Of a stretch of 64,000 nucleotides of DNA, positions 13,127 through 23,725 are shown in pieces. Below the pieces are notes generated by a model. It was not told where the DNA came from. It saw only the letters and a list, made by a program, of their open reading frames with translations, and did no database searches. The translations under genes were made by a program, and so were the position numbers. Source of the DNA: an uncultured Verrucomicrobiae bacterium (lineage in GTDB: Bacteria > Verrucomicrobiota > Verrucomicrobiia > Chthoniobacterales > Terrimicrobiaceae); assembly GCA_963706955.1 (NCBI GenBank), contig CAVPOC010000001.1, positions 96,001-160,000 of the forward strand. Reading direction: 5' to 3'. Each line of letters begins with the position of its first letter. The first letter of the stretch is position 1.

Positions 13127-13339
13127 CTAGCCTAAGCACGACAACGGCAATTGCGCAGGGCATGAACTTCGAAACTCGCCAGGAGTGGGCTGGAGAGGGG
13201 ACTCACCTCTGGCGTGCCAGCCTCATCTTAGAACTGTCTGGCGCGCAGTTAATCGAGGGGAAAGGGAACCACCGCAGGAACGTTACCTGCTCTTATCCCA
13301 GCTCCTCCACGAGAATTAGGGAAGGGAAATTTATTAACC

Positions 13340-14659
13340 ATGGATAAAGACAGGAATCGGGAACTCTCCACGAGTCGCGGCACGTTGAGGGTCGAGGGAC
13401 ACTCGGGCATCACGCGGCGTCGATTTCTGTCGGGATCGGCCAAGGGAATTGGCCTGTCGGCCTTACTGAGTGGACTGCCGACCGGGTGGGTCGGCTCCGT
13501 GTTTGCAAGCGATGCCCCGGAAACGTCGGACCTTAAGATTGGCATCATTGCGTTAACAGATTGTTCAACCATCGTCATCGCGCATGAGAAGGGCCTCTTC
13601 AAAAAGTATGGGATCAGTTCGGTGGTGAGCAAGGGAGCCAGCTGGGCAGCCATTAGGGATGCCCTCTCCAACGGCGATATCCAAGCGACGCACATGTTGT
13701 TAGGCATGCCGATCGCTTCGACGATGGGGCTGGCCGGATCACCAAAGAAGCCGATGATCGTTCCATGGCTGCTAAACCGCAACGGGCAAGCCATCACGTT
13801 ATCAAACAAGTATAAGGGGAAAATCACCGAGGATCCGGCAACGCTCAAGCCGTTCGTTGACGAAGCGAAGGCCAGCGGGATGCCACTTTCGTTTGCCATG
13901 ACCTTTCCGCCGGGGACGCACGCGATGTGGATACGCTATTTTCTCGGCGCAGGTGGGATAAACCCGGATGCCGACGTCGCCCTCATTACCGTTCCACCGC
14001 CGCAGATGGTTGCCAATATGAAGATCGGCAAGATGGATGGGTTCTGTGTGGGCGAACCATGGAACGCTCGCGCGATCGCGGACGATGTTGGTTTTACCGG
14101 CATCACCACCCAGGCAATCTGGAAAGACCATCCTGAGAAGGTCTGCGCGTTCACGGCAGAGTTTGCGGACGCCAATCCAAAAACCATCAAAGCCGTGGTG
14201 AAGGCGTTGCACGAAGCGAGCGTTTGGGCAGACGATTTGAACAACCGGCCGGAATTGGCGAGGATCGTAGCCTCTCCCACCTACATCAATTGCCCGGAAG
14301 ACGTTATTCTAAGCCGCCTCCAGGGGAAATACATCATGGGTGACGGCCGCAAATTTCGCGATCCCAACTACATGATTTTTAGTGAGCGCAACTGCAACTA
14401 TCCGCAACCGAAATACGCCAAGTGGTGGCTGACGCAGTTTCGTCGTTGGGGGTTCGTTGAAGCAGCCCCCGACTACGAAGGCATATCTAAGCAGGTGATG
14501 CGGGCAGACATCTATGAAGAGGCGATGAAGGAGCTTGGCTATTCTCATGCGGGCCTTAGCGATGCGTCGGAAACGCTCTTCGACAACGTTCCGTTTGATC
14601 CCAAAGGCGACCTGGAAGCCTATGCTAAGAGCTTTTCCGTTCATAACCTAAAGGGTTAA
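13340..14659 (+). CDS. nrtA: Nitrate/nitrite ABC transporter substrate-binding protein with Tat signal
   Basis: TRRRFL Tat motif; IIALTDC, NGQAIT, FPPGTH, GFCVGEPW and DHPEK motifs. Confidence 0.88.
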   Translation: MDKDRNRELSTSRGTLRVEGHSGITRRRFLSGSAKGIGLSALLSGLPTGWVGSVFASDAPETSDLKIGIIALTDCSTIVIAHEKGLFKKYGISSVVSKGASWAAIRDALSNGDIQATHMLLGMPIASTMGLAGSPKKPMIVPWLLNRNGQAITLSNKYKGKITEDPATLKPFVDEAKASGMPLSFAMTFPPGTHAMWIRYFLGAGGINPDADVALITVPPPQMVANMKIGKMDGFCVGEPWNARAIADDVGFTGITTQAIWKDHPEKVCAFTAEFADANPKTIKAVVKALHEASVWADDLNNRPELARIVASPTYINCPEDVILSRLQGKYIMGDGRKFRDPNYMIFSERNCNYPQPKYAKWWLTQFRRWGFVEAAPDYEGISKQVMRADIYEEAMKELGYSHAGLSDASETLFDNVPFDPKGDLEAYAKSFSVHNLKG

Positions 14660-14661
14660 AG

Positions 14662-15978
14662 ATGGCGGACCTCGCTCATCCCCAGGGAAGCGGACACAGG
14701 TCCGATAAGCCGGTTTCCCTTCGTTCGACGGAGCTTTTGGCCCGACGCGGCGAAGCTCTCGACCTTTCCCGGCTGCTTGCACGAAGTCGCTCGCCTCAGC
14801 TGTCGGTAGCTGGCGATCCCGAACTCGAGCACCTCACGTTCGGAATTCTCCCGTTGACCGATTGCGCCCCCATTGTCATCGCGCATGAAAGGAAGTTGTT
14901 CGAACGGTCGGGCATCACCTCAAGCGTGGCCAAATTTGGGAGCTGGACAGCCAGCCGGGATGAGCTCTTAAGCGGAAGAGCGCACGCAGCGCAGATGCTC
15001 TTCGGCATGCCTGTCGCCGCGGCCGTCGGCAAACTCGGCACGGAGCATAGACCGCTCGTTATTCCCTGGATCCTTAATCGGAACGGCCAGGCGGTCACCA
15101 TATCGGTCAGACACTCTCGGCGGGTAAGTTCAAGCGCCCGCGACCTTCGCGCCTTCGCGCAGGAGTGTCGCGAGAAGGGTCGGCCGATGGTCTTTGCCAT
15201 GACGCTTCAACCGGGGACGCACGCTATGTGGCTTCGCTATTGGCTCGCGTCCGGAGGCATCAATCCGGATACCGATGTTGCTCTGATCACGATCCCCCCG
15301 CCCATGATGGTCGCGAACATGCGGGCGGGGCGGCTTGACGGATTTTGCGCGGGCGAACCATGGAATGTGAGGGCCATCGAGGAGGAACTTGGTTTTACGG
15401 CGGTGCTCAGCGAGGAAATCTGGCCCGATCATCCCGAAAAGGTCCTCGCGTTCACGGAGGATTTTTCCGAGGCCTACCCGAATTCGGTGAAGGCAGCTCT
15501 CAAAGCCCTCCACGAAGCTTCCCTCTGGTGCGACGAGGAAAGTAACCGCGATGAGTTGGCAGCAATTCTCGAGCAACCCCAATACCTTGCTTGTCCTGCC
15601 AAAACCATCAAGTCACGCCTGGGCCCGGTGGTCGACTGGGCGGGCGGTCGCACCGCGCAGAATCTGCGCGGTTTGACGTTCTCTCGTCGCGAATGCAACT
15701 ATCCACAGCCGAAATTTGCCGTCTGGTGGTTGTCGCAATTTCGCCGCTGGGGCATGCTGCCCGCCGCGCCTGATTATCTCGGGGTGGCCACGCGCGTGAT
15801 GCGCCCCGATTTTTACGAGGCTGCCATGAACGAGCTGGGCGTCCCACATGGGCGGCCGGAATTTACTTCCGAAACCCTCTTCGATGGCAAGGTTTTCGAT
15901 CCGGCGCAGCCGGAGAAATACGCCGCAGAATTCGAGATTACCGCTCTCAAGCGAAAGCCGGCACTCCATGAATCATGA
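14662..15978 (+). CDS. Second NrtA-like protein without an evident export signal
   Basis: Closely parallels the upstream NrtA (NRNGQA, PGTHAMW, CNYPQPK). The N-terminus is hydrophilic. Confidence 0.82.
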   Translation: MADLAHPQGSGHRSDKPVSLRSTELLARRGEALDLSRLLARSRSPQLSVAGDPELEHLTFGILPLTDCAPIVIAHERKLFERSGITSSVAKFGSWTASRDELLSGRAHAAQMLFGMPVAAAVGKLGTEHRPLVIPWILNRNGQAVTISVRHSRRVSSSARDLRAFAQECREKGRPMVFAMTLQPGTHAMWLRYWLASGGINPDTDVALITIPPPMMVANMRAGRLDGFCAGEPWNVRAIEEELGFTAVLSEEIWPDHPEKVLAFTEDFSEAYPNSVKAALKALHEASLWCDEESNRDELAAILEQPQYLACPAKTIKSRLGPVVDWAGGRTAQNLRGLTFSRRECNYPQPKFAVWWLSQFRRWGMLPAAPDYLGVATRVMRPDFYEAAMNELGVPHGRPEFTSETLFDGKVFDPAQPEKYAAEFEITALKRKPALHES

Positions 15979-16859
15979 AAGAATCAATCCTTAAGAAAAT
16001 TGATTGGCTGATCCTCCCGGCGATCGGCATCGCCGTTTGCATCCTGCTTTGGAACTTGATTGCCGGCAAGGAAGTGAGGAAGGAAGCCCTGGATGACTTT
16101 GGGGACAAGGTGGTCAAGGTCCAGCGGGTTGGAGTTTCCGCGGACCTTCCCTCGCCAGCCGAAACGTGGATGAAGAGCAAGCCCTACATCCTTGAGCCGT
16201 TCGCCAAGCGCGGCGAGTTGGATCAGGGGATTCTAAGCTTTACGTGGCTCTCCTTGAAATTGGTCGCGCAAGGCTACGTCATCGCTCTGCTTGTCGGCAC
16301 GCCGATCGGATTCTTGCTGGGTCTTTCCAGGACCTTCGCGAAAATGTTCGACCCGATCTTCCAAGTGCTTCGTCCGGTCTCCCCTTTGGCATGGCTGCCG
16401 CTTGGGATGGTGCTCTTTCTTGGCGCGAAGCTAACGATTCCCGGGGTTGGCCTCAGTTACTCGGCCTCGGACCTCGCCGCCATTTTCACGATTGCGATCT
16501 GTTCGATGTGGCCAACGGTTCTAAATACCGCGGTGGGCGTCCGCGCAATTCCTCAGGATTACCTTAACGTTGCCAAAGTCCTTAAACTCTCGAGGACCAA
16601 GACGCTTTTCAAGGTCCTCTTGCCGGCCACATTGCCGTACATGTTTACGGGATTTCGCCTTTCCCTGGGGATCGCCTGGCTCGTCATCGTGGCTGCGGAA
16701 ATGCTCACGGGGAAGCCGGGAGTCGGCGGCTTTCTCTGGCAGCAGTACAATGCCCTAAGCTATGCCCACATTATCTTGTGCATCCTCACGATCGGCATCG
16801 TCGGCTTCGTGCTCGACCGGTTAATGAGCATGGTCGAAGCGCAGTTTAAGACCGCTTGA
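15975..16859 (+). CDS. nrtB: Nitrate ABC transporter permease
   Basis: FQVLRPVSPLAWLP, WPTVLNTAVGV and IAWLVIVAAEML motifs. Confidence 0.9.
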   Translation: MKESILKKIDWLILPAIGIAVCILLWNLIAGKEVRKEALDDFGDKVVKVQRVGVSADLPSPAETWMKSKPYILEPFAKRGELDQGILSFTWLSLKLVAQGYVIALLVGTPIGFLLGLSRTFAKMFDPIFQVLRPVSPLAWLPLGMVLFLGAKLTIPGVGLSYSASDLAAIFTIAICSMWPTVLNTAVGVRAIPQDYLNVAKVLKLSRTKTLFKVLLPATLPYMFTGFRLSLGIAWLVIVAAEMLTGKPGVGGFLWQQYNALSYAHIILCILTIGIVGFVLDRLMSMVEAQFKTA

Positions 16860-16863
16860 GATC

Positions 16864-17781
16864 ATGACCGTGCTCGAAGTTAAGAACGTCTCCAAGGGGT
16901 TTGGTCCAAAGGGCAAGCGCACCGAGGTGCTCGAAGACATTACCCTTCAAGTCGAACGGGGGGAATTTCTCGCAATCATCGGCTATTCCGGCGCCGGCAA
17001 AACGACGCTGATGTCCCTGCTGGCCGGCTTGATCAAGCCAGACACCGGTTCGATCAAGTTGCACGGCAAACCGATGGAAGGACCTGGGCCAGACCGTGGG
17101 ATAGTTTTTCAAAACTACTCGCTGCTCCCGTGGCTGACCGTCTATGACAACATTGCGCTGGCGGTGGACCAGGTTTTCTCCAACTGGTCCGCTGAGCGAC
17201 GCCGTCAGCACATCGAAAAGCAAATTGCCACGGTGAAGCTGACCCCGGCGCGCGACAAGATCCCTCGCGAACTCTCCGGCGGAATGCGCCAACGAGTATC
17301 CGTGGCACGGGCGCTCTCCCTCCAGCCCGAGCTGCTTTTGCTTGATGAACCGCTCAGCGCTCTGGATGCGCTCACCCGCGCTAATCTGCAGGATGAAATC
17401 AACCGGATTTGCCAGGAAGAGAGGAAGACGGTCATTCTGATCACCAATGATCCCGATGAAGCCATCCTTCTGGCGGATCGGGTCATTCCGCTGACCGCCG
17501 GACCGCGCGCCACCCTCGGACCTTCCATCCCCGTAACCATCCCCCGTCCGCGCTCGCGCAGGCTGATCAACGAGAGCTACGATTTCAAACAGACGCGCAA
17601 TGAGGTGATCGAGTACCTTCTCATGGCCACCGATAAGCGCAAGGTCGCTATAAGTAAGAAGCTTATCTTGCCGGATCTTTTGCCTGAGGACCTCACCGAG
17701 CCGCGCTCGATCTTTGGCAGAAAACGCCGACCGCGCAGGCGCAGTGAGCAGAAGCGCGAGACGGTCGAGGTGGCCGTATGA
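16864..17781 (+). CDS. nrtC: Nitrate ABC transporter ATP-binding protein (H-loop His replaced by Asn)
   Basis: [23 protein letters not shown] and ITND motifs. Confidence 0.88.
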   Translation: MTVLEVKNVSKGFGPKGKRTEVLEDITLQVERGEFLAIIGYSGAGKTTLMSLLAGLIKPDTGSIKLHGKPMEGPGPDRGIVFQNYSLLPWLTVYDNIALAVDQVFSNWSAERRRQHIEKQIATVKLTPARDKIPRELSGGMRQRVSVARALSLQPELLLLDEPLSALDALTRANLQDEINRICQEERKTVILITNDPDEAILLADRVIPLTAGPRATLGPSIPVTIPRPRSRRLINESYDFKQTRNEVIEYLLMATDKRKVAISKKLILPDLLPEDLTEPRSIFGRKRRPRRRSEQKRETVEVAV

Positions 17782-18642
17782 GTGATCGGGCTTATCTCGA
17801 ACTGTGGGATCTTACCAAGAGCTATCCCACCCGACAGGGTGAGGCGGTGATCGTTAAGAACATTAGCTTCAAATTCCGCAAGGGAGAGTTCGTTACGATT
17901 ATCGGCCACTCCGGTTGCGGCAAATCAACGATCCTAATGATGGTGGCCGGACTAAGCACGGTGACTTCCGGCGGCATCGTTCTGGCGGGGAAGGAGCTCA
18001 ACGGGCCTGGTCCTGACCGCGGTGTTGTTTTCCAGTCGCCTTCGCTTCTTCCATGGATGAGCGCCTTCGAAAACGTCATGCTCGGGGTAGATCAGGTATT
18101 CCACACGGCCGAACGTCACGAGCGGCGACTTATCGGCGAATACTACCTGACTCTCGTCGGACTCGCCGACTCGATGCATAAGCTTCCCGCAGAGCTTTCC
18201 CAAGGCATGCGCCAGCGGGTGGGCATCGCGCGTGCCTTTGCCCTTGCTCCGAAAATGTTGTTGCTCGACGAGCCATTTGGAATGCTCGATTCCCTCACGC
18301 GATATGAGCCTTCAGGAAGTTCTGATCAGTCTTTGGCGTCGAGAGCGGATTACGGCCATGATGGTCACCCACGATGTCGATGAAGCGCTCTTTCTCAGCG
18401 ACCGGATCGTTTGCATGACCGATGGGCCAGCGGCCGGTATTGGCGAGATCGTGGAAGTCGATTTCCCCCGACCTCGCTTTCGCAAGGAAGTGATGGAGCA
18501 TCCCGATTATTACAAGCTTCGCGCACAGCTCATCGAATTTCTCGAGCTTCGCGCGCATCGTCCGTCTGGAGGGGTTGCCCCACCCGGTGTTGAGAGGAGC
18601 CCGGAGTCGAAACAAGAGCAGCGCGCGATTGCGATGACCTAG
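17778..18642 (+). CDS. nrtD: Nitrate ABC transporter ATP-binding protein (frameshift near 18310)
   Basis: [17 protein letters not shown] and LLDEPFG, then VTHDVDEA in the next frame. Confidence 0.88.
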
Positions 18643-18659
18643 CATCTGAGTCTCACGCG

Positions 18660-20304
18660 ATGACTAAGATACCTGTGATTCCCGAAACGGCACCATTCGA
18701 TGCCATGCAGCGCATGTGGCTGAACGGCTTTCTCGCGGGTCTGTTCAGCTCAGAGCCCACCGCGATCGCGGTGTCGGCGGCCACCTCGTCGTCGCTGGGT
18801 CCATTGCTCTTTTTGTTCGGCTCTCAAACGGGAACTTCCGAGGGACTCGCACGACGCTTCGCGAAGGAAGCCAAGAAGGTGGGCTTTGAGACGCGCGTCA
18901 TCGGAATGGAGAGCTATTCGACCGATCGATCTTACTAAGGAAAAGCGTCTGATCATCATCACAAGCACCTACGGAGATGGGGAGATGCCCGATAATGCGC
19001 AAACCTTTTGGGACTATCTAAAGAACGGGACCGCTCCGCGCCTTGAGCATCTGGAATTTTCGGTCCTGGCCCTCGGCGATCGCAACTACTCTCAATTCTG
19101 TCAGGCAGGCAAGGCCTTCGACGCGCGGCTTGAGGATTTGGGAGCCAAGCGGATCCATCCTCGCACCGATTGTGACGTGGATTGCGAGGGTCCTTCAGTG
19201 GAGTGGTTCAACGGTTTACTCAGGTCGTTGGAGGGTGCTGTCCCTTCTGCGGGGACGAGTCAAAACGCCGTCACTTCCACCTCAACGGTTGAGAGCACGC
19301 CTTCCTTTGGCAAGGCCAACCCATTCCTTGCGGTTCTGAAGACGAATCGCGTTTTGAATGCCCCAGGTTCTGCAAAGGAGACGCGGCACCTCGAGATCAT
19401 CCTCGAAGGTTCCGGACTCGAGTATGAGGTCGGCGATGCCTTGGGAGTCGTGCCGACCAACTGTCCGGATTTTGTCCGCGAGATCTTAGACGCTGCCGGT
19501 CTTGACGGTGAGGAGGCCGTGAAGGCCCCCGATAACGAGGAGATGCCTTTACGGATGGCCCTGTTACGAAAGTTTGACCTGAAGTCCTTTTTGGCCGATC
19601 TGCCGGCAAAGGCTGCCTCAGCGGCGGATTTTGCGGCGCCGTTGCGAAAGCTGCAGCCGCGTCTCTATTCGATTTCCTCAAGCTCGAAAGCCCATCCGGG
19701 AGAAGTGCATCTCACCGTGGCCGTCGTCCGCTATGAATTGAATGGTCGTGCTCGCAAGGGCGTCTGCTCGACGTTCTTTGCCGATCGGGTCGGAGCGGAC
19801 ACTAAGGTCCCTGTATTCGTGCACCGGTCGCCGAGCTTCAAACTTCCCGCCGATGGATCCAGGCCCATCATCATGGTGGGCCCCGGCACGGGCGTTGCTC
19901 CATTCAGGGCCTTTCTCGAGGAGCGCCGGGCAGTCGCCGCGACCGGAAGGAACTGGCTTTTCTTCGGAGATCAGAAAGCTCTCTGCGACTTTCTCTATCG
20001 TGAGCAGCTCGAGGCGATGAAGCAGGATGGACTACTGACGAGGCTCGACACCGCCTTCTCCCGCGATCAACCAGAGAAGATCTATGTTCAAGATCGGATG
20101 ATCGAAAACGCTGGTGAGATCTGGTCGTGGCTGCAGGAAGGAGGATACTTCTATGTCTGCGGCGATGCTCAGCGCATGGCTAAGGACGTCGATGCCGCGC
20201 TCCACAAGATCGCCGAAACGGCCGGTCAGCTCTCAACGAACAGGCCGGGGAGTATCGTCAAGCAACTTAAGTTTGAGAAGAGATATTTGCGTGATGTGTA
20301 TTAG
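18660..20304 (+). CDS. CysJ-like diflavin (FMN/FAD/NADPH) reductase (frameshift near 18920)
   Basis: FGSQTGTSE and TSTYGDGEMPDNA flavodoxin motifs; RLYSISS, GVCS, GPGTGVAPFR, YVCGDA and RYLRDVY FNR motifs. Confidence 0.88.
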
Positions 20305-20379
20305 AAAACAAAGCCAGGCTGGCCTGTTGTTGGGGACGTGTGCGCTCCCTCACGTGCTCTTTATGCCATGTGAGAATCG

Positions 20380-22120
20380 ATGACGATTACGCCGATCAAA
20401 GAGATTGCGGGGAAACCATTGAACGAGGAGCAGACGACTTATCTGACGGGCTTCTTCGCAGGGATGGCGCAGCGTGCGGTCGTCTTTGCCGATTTCCTCT
20501 CCGAAGCTAAGGGCGCGGCAAACTCTTCCTAAAGCCCCAGGGGAGAAAACAGTGAGGAGGAAGTCCAGCTCACCGCGGAGGAGCGCATTAAGAATGAGGA
20601 ACACCCTCTCGATTCTTACTATCGCCTCCTCGAAAATGCGAGAAGCAACCAGGCGCCGGACAAGGAGGAAACTTATCGATTCAAATGGAATGGCCTTTTT
20701 TATCTCTCTCCTGTGAAGGACGCCTTCATGGCGCGCCTTCGAATTCCGGGAGGGATCGTGAAAACGTATCAGCTTCGCGGCCTTGCCCAGACAGCAAAGG
20801 ATCTGACGAGCGGTTACTGCCAGATTACCACGCGCGCAAACTTCCAGATGCGTCTGATTCAGCCCAAGGATGCCCCCGAAGTGCTTAGACGCATCCAAGC
20901 CGTTGGACTTCATACCCGCGGCACCGGAGCTGACAATATCAGAAACCTGACGTCGAACCCGACGGCCGGAATCGATCCGCAAGAGCTAATCGATTGCACC
21001 CCCTATGTGCGCGAACTCGCAGACTTCATCCTTTCGCATCGCGAATTCTATAATCTGCCGCGCAAGTTCAACATTGCGTTCGACGGAGGAGGGTTGATCG
21101 GGTCGGTTGAGGATACGAACGACATCGGTGTGAAGGCCGTCAAGGTCGAAGACGATGTTTTCTTCCGCGTTGCCCTTGGAGGGGCGACCGGCCACAAGTC
21201 GTTTGCGCGTGATCTCGGCGTGATCGTGCCACCGCAGGAGATTGTCAAGGTAGTCATCGCCATTGTTCGCGTCTATGTGAGGAACGGCAATCGCGGAGAT
21301 CGAAAGAAGGCGCGCCTTAAGCATCTTCTCGATAAATGGACCATGGAGGAATACCTCGCGCGAGACGGAGAAAGTCCTCGGCGGCCAGCTTAAGCCGCAG
21401 TCCCTTCGACCCGAGGGCGATTGTCTACCCTGGCGCTGAATTGCCGCATAGCCATATCGGTGCTTACCCTCAGAAACAAACGGGTCTGCACTATCTCGGT
21501 GTGGCATTGCCGGCGGGACAGATTACGCCCGCGCAGATGTTTCGCGATTGCCGATCTGGCGGATAACTACGCCTCCGCCGAGATCCGGCTGACCGTCTGG
21601 CAGAACTTTATCATTCCAAACATTCCCGAGGCCTATGTCGAAACTGTCAAGAAAGCAGTCCGCAAGATGGGCTTTGACTATCAGCAATCGAATATTGCCA
21701 GCGGCGTCATCGCGTGCACGGGCAACAAGTATTGCAAGTTTTCCTCCACAGATACCAAAGGACATGCCTTAGCTTTGATCAAATATCTCGAGAAGCGGAT
21801 CAAACTCGATCAGCCGGTGAATATCCATTTTACCGGCTGTCCGAACTCATGCGCCCAACACTATATGGGGGACATCGGGATGTTGGGAGCGAAAACCCGA
21901 GACGGTCGAGAGGCGTATCATGTCTTTGTTGGCGGAGGATTTGGGACGAACGCGGCGTGCGGGAGACAGATTTACCAAGCCCTGCCGTTCGACGAATTGA
22001 ACGGTGCTGTGGAAAAGATTCTCCTCGCTTACCTCAAGCACCGCCAGGGCTACCGAGTCATTTCAGTCCTTTACGATGCGACACGATGTAAACTCTCTGC
22101 AAGTGCTTTTCCAGGAATGA
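20380..22120 (+). CDS. nirA: Siroheme nitrite reductase, NirA family (in-frame TAA at 20530 plus frameshifts near 21360, 21540 and 22050)
   Basis: [42 protein letters not shown] and [10 protein letters not shown] motifs. Confidence 0.87.
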
Positions 22121-23725
22121 CCGGACTTAGCCTTGAAGTTAATCTCATTGATGAACTTCTTGCCGAGCAACAACGGCTCACGCCTGTTGAACGCTTCGCG
22201 AAAAGGCACGATCGTGCAGATTTTCCTGCTCAGGCGCACTACTATCGCGATTTAATCCCCTCCTCGCTGCCTGCACGGCGGCAACAATACGCGTTTGCCG
22301 TCGATCTCGACGTCTGCTCCGGCTGCAAGGCTTGTGTCAGTGCTTGCCATTCGCTGAATGGACTTGAGGAGGACGAAACCTGGCGCGACGTCGGACTGAT
22401 TACCGGCTCCGAAGCCGGAAAGCCGTATCTGCAGACGGTCACCACGGCTTGCCATCATTGCCTTGAACCCGCCTGCCTCGAGGGTTGCCCGGTTCTCGCT
22501 TACGATAAGCATCCCGAAACCGGAATTGTGCGCCATCTCGATGACCAATGTATCGGCTGCCAATACTGCACCATGAAGTGCCCCTACGACGTGCCGAAGT
22601 ATTCGCACCGTCTCGGGATCGTCAGGAAGTGCGACATGTGCACGGATCGTCTGGCTAGTCGGTGAGGCTCCCGCTTGTGTGCAGGCTTGCCCGCACGAAG
22701 CGATCGCCATTCGGCTGGTGGATGTTGCCGAAATCAACGCAGCGGCGTCGGCGGGCGCGCAGATCGTTCCGGGCGCATTTGATTCCGGCTATACCAAACC
22801 GACGACGAAGTATTTCTCGAAGAGAGGAATTCCGAAGAATGCCGAACCCGCCGACGCACATGCGCTGCGTCTGGAACACCCCCACTGGCCATTGATTATC
22901 ATGCTTCTCTTCTCGCAGCTCGCCGTGGGTATGTTTGTCACGAGTGCAGTCGATGGCGATGGTGAGTGGATCGTCGTCACTGTCCTGTGGCTTTGGCAGC
23001 GACAATCGGGTTTGCTACGCTTAACGCCGGGCTGGGTGCATCGGTTTTTCACCTGGGACGGCCGCTCGGCGCCTGGAGGTTTTTCCTTGGCCTGCGGACA
23101 TCATGGATGAGCCGGGAGATTCTGGCATTTGCAATTTTTGCGGCCGTCGCATTTCTTGGCACCGCGCTTTGCTGGATTGCTCCGGCCAGCGCTCTACGCC
23201 CGAGCCGGGCTGGCCGGCGCAGCCGCTGGTCGGCCTCCTGGCGGTCTTTACTTCGGTAATGATCTACGCGGATACACGCCGCGCGTGGTGGGCGCTAACT
23301 TCGACTGCGGCGAGATTCTACGGTGCGACCGTTATCCTGGGCTTAACCGCGGTCGCTGCGGTCTTGAGTCCGATCGCGGCGTCTGAGGCGGCGTTTCGCG
23401 TCGCTATGGCTCTCTCGATCGCGGCGCGGACAATATTTTTCGTCTGGGAAACACTAAGCAGCGTGCGAGCCGTGGCGGATCCTTCCAGTCCGATTCACCG
23501 CTCCGAGAAAACGATCCGCACGCTGCTGCCGTGGTTTGGTCGCGTCCGCGTGACCGTATTTGTTCTAGGAACACTTGTTTCCGTGGATGGCGCTCATCAC
23601 GAGCGCACCGGTGGCAATCGCTGCCGCAGGTCTGGCGCTGGCGCTTTCAGTGCTCGGTCATGTGCGTCGAGCGCTTCGGATTTTTTACAGCTGTGACGGC
23701 CCCCCGCATGCCCGGAGGCGTATGA
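22117..23725 (+). CDS. Fused DmsB-like 4x[4Fe-4S] domain and DmsC/YnfH-like membrane anchor (several frameshifts)
   Basis: [37 protein letters not shown] and KCDMC...ACVQACP; then [16 protein letters not shown] and SVFHLGRP...TSWMSREI with TM helices. Confidence 0.8.

Noticed and set aside
20530..20532. Stop-codon readthrough in nirA
   Set aside because: A TAA in a variable linker within an error-rich sequence; compensating indels or a miscall are more likely.
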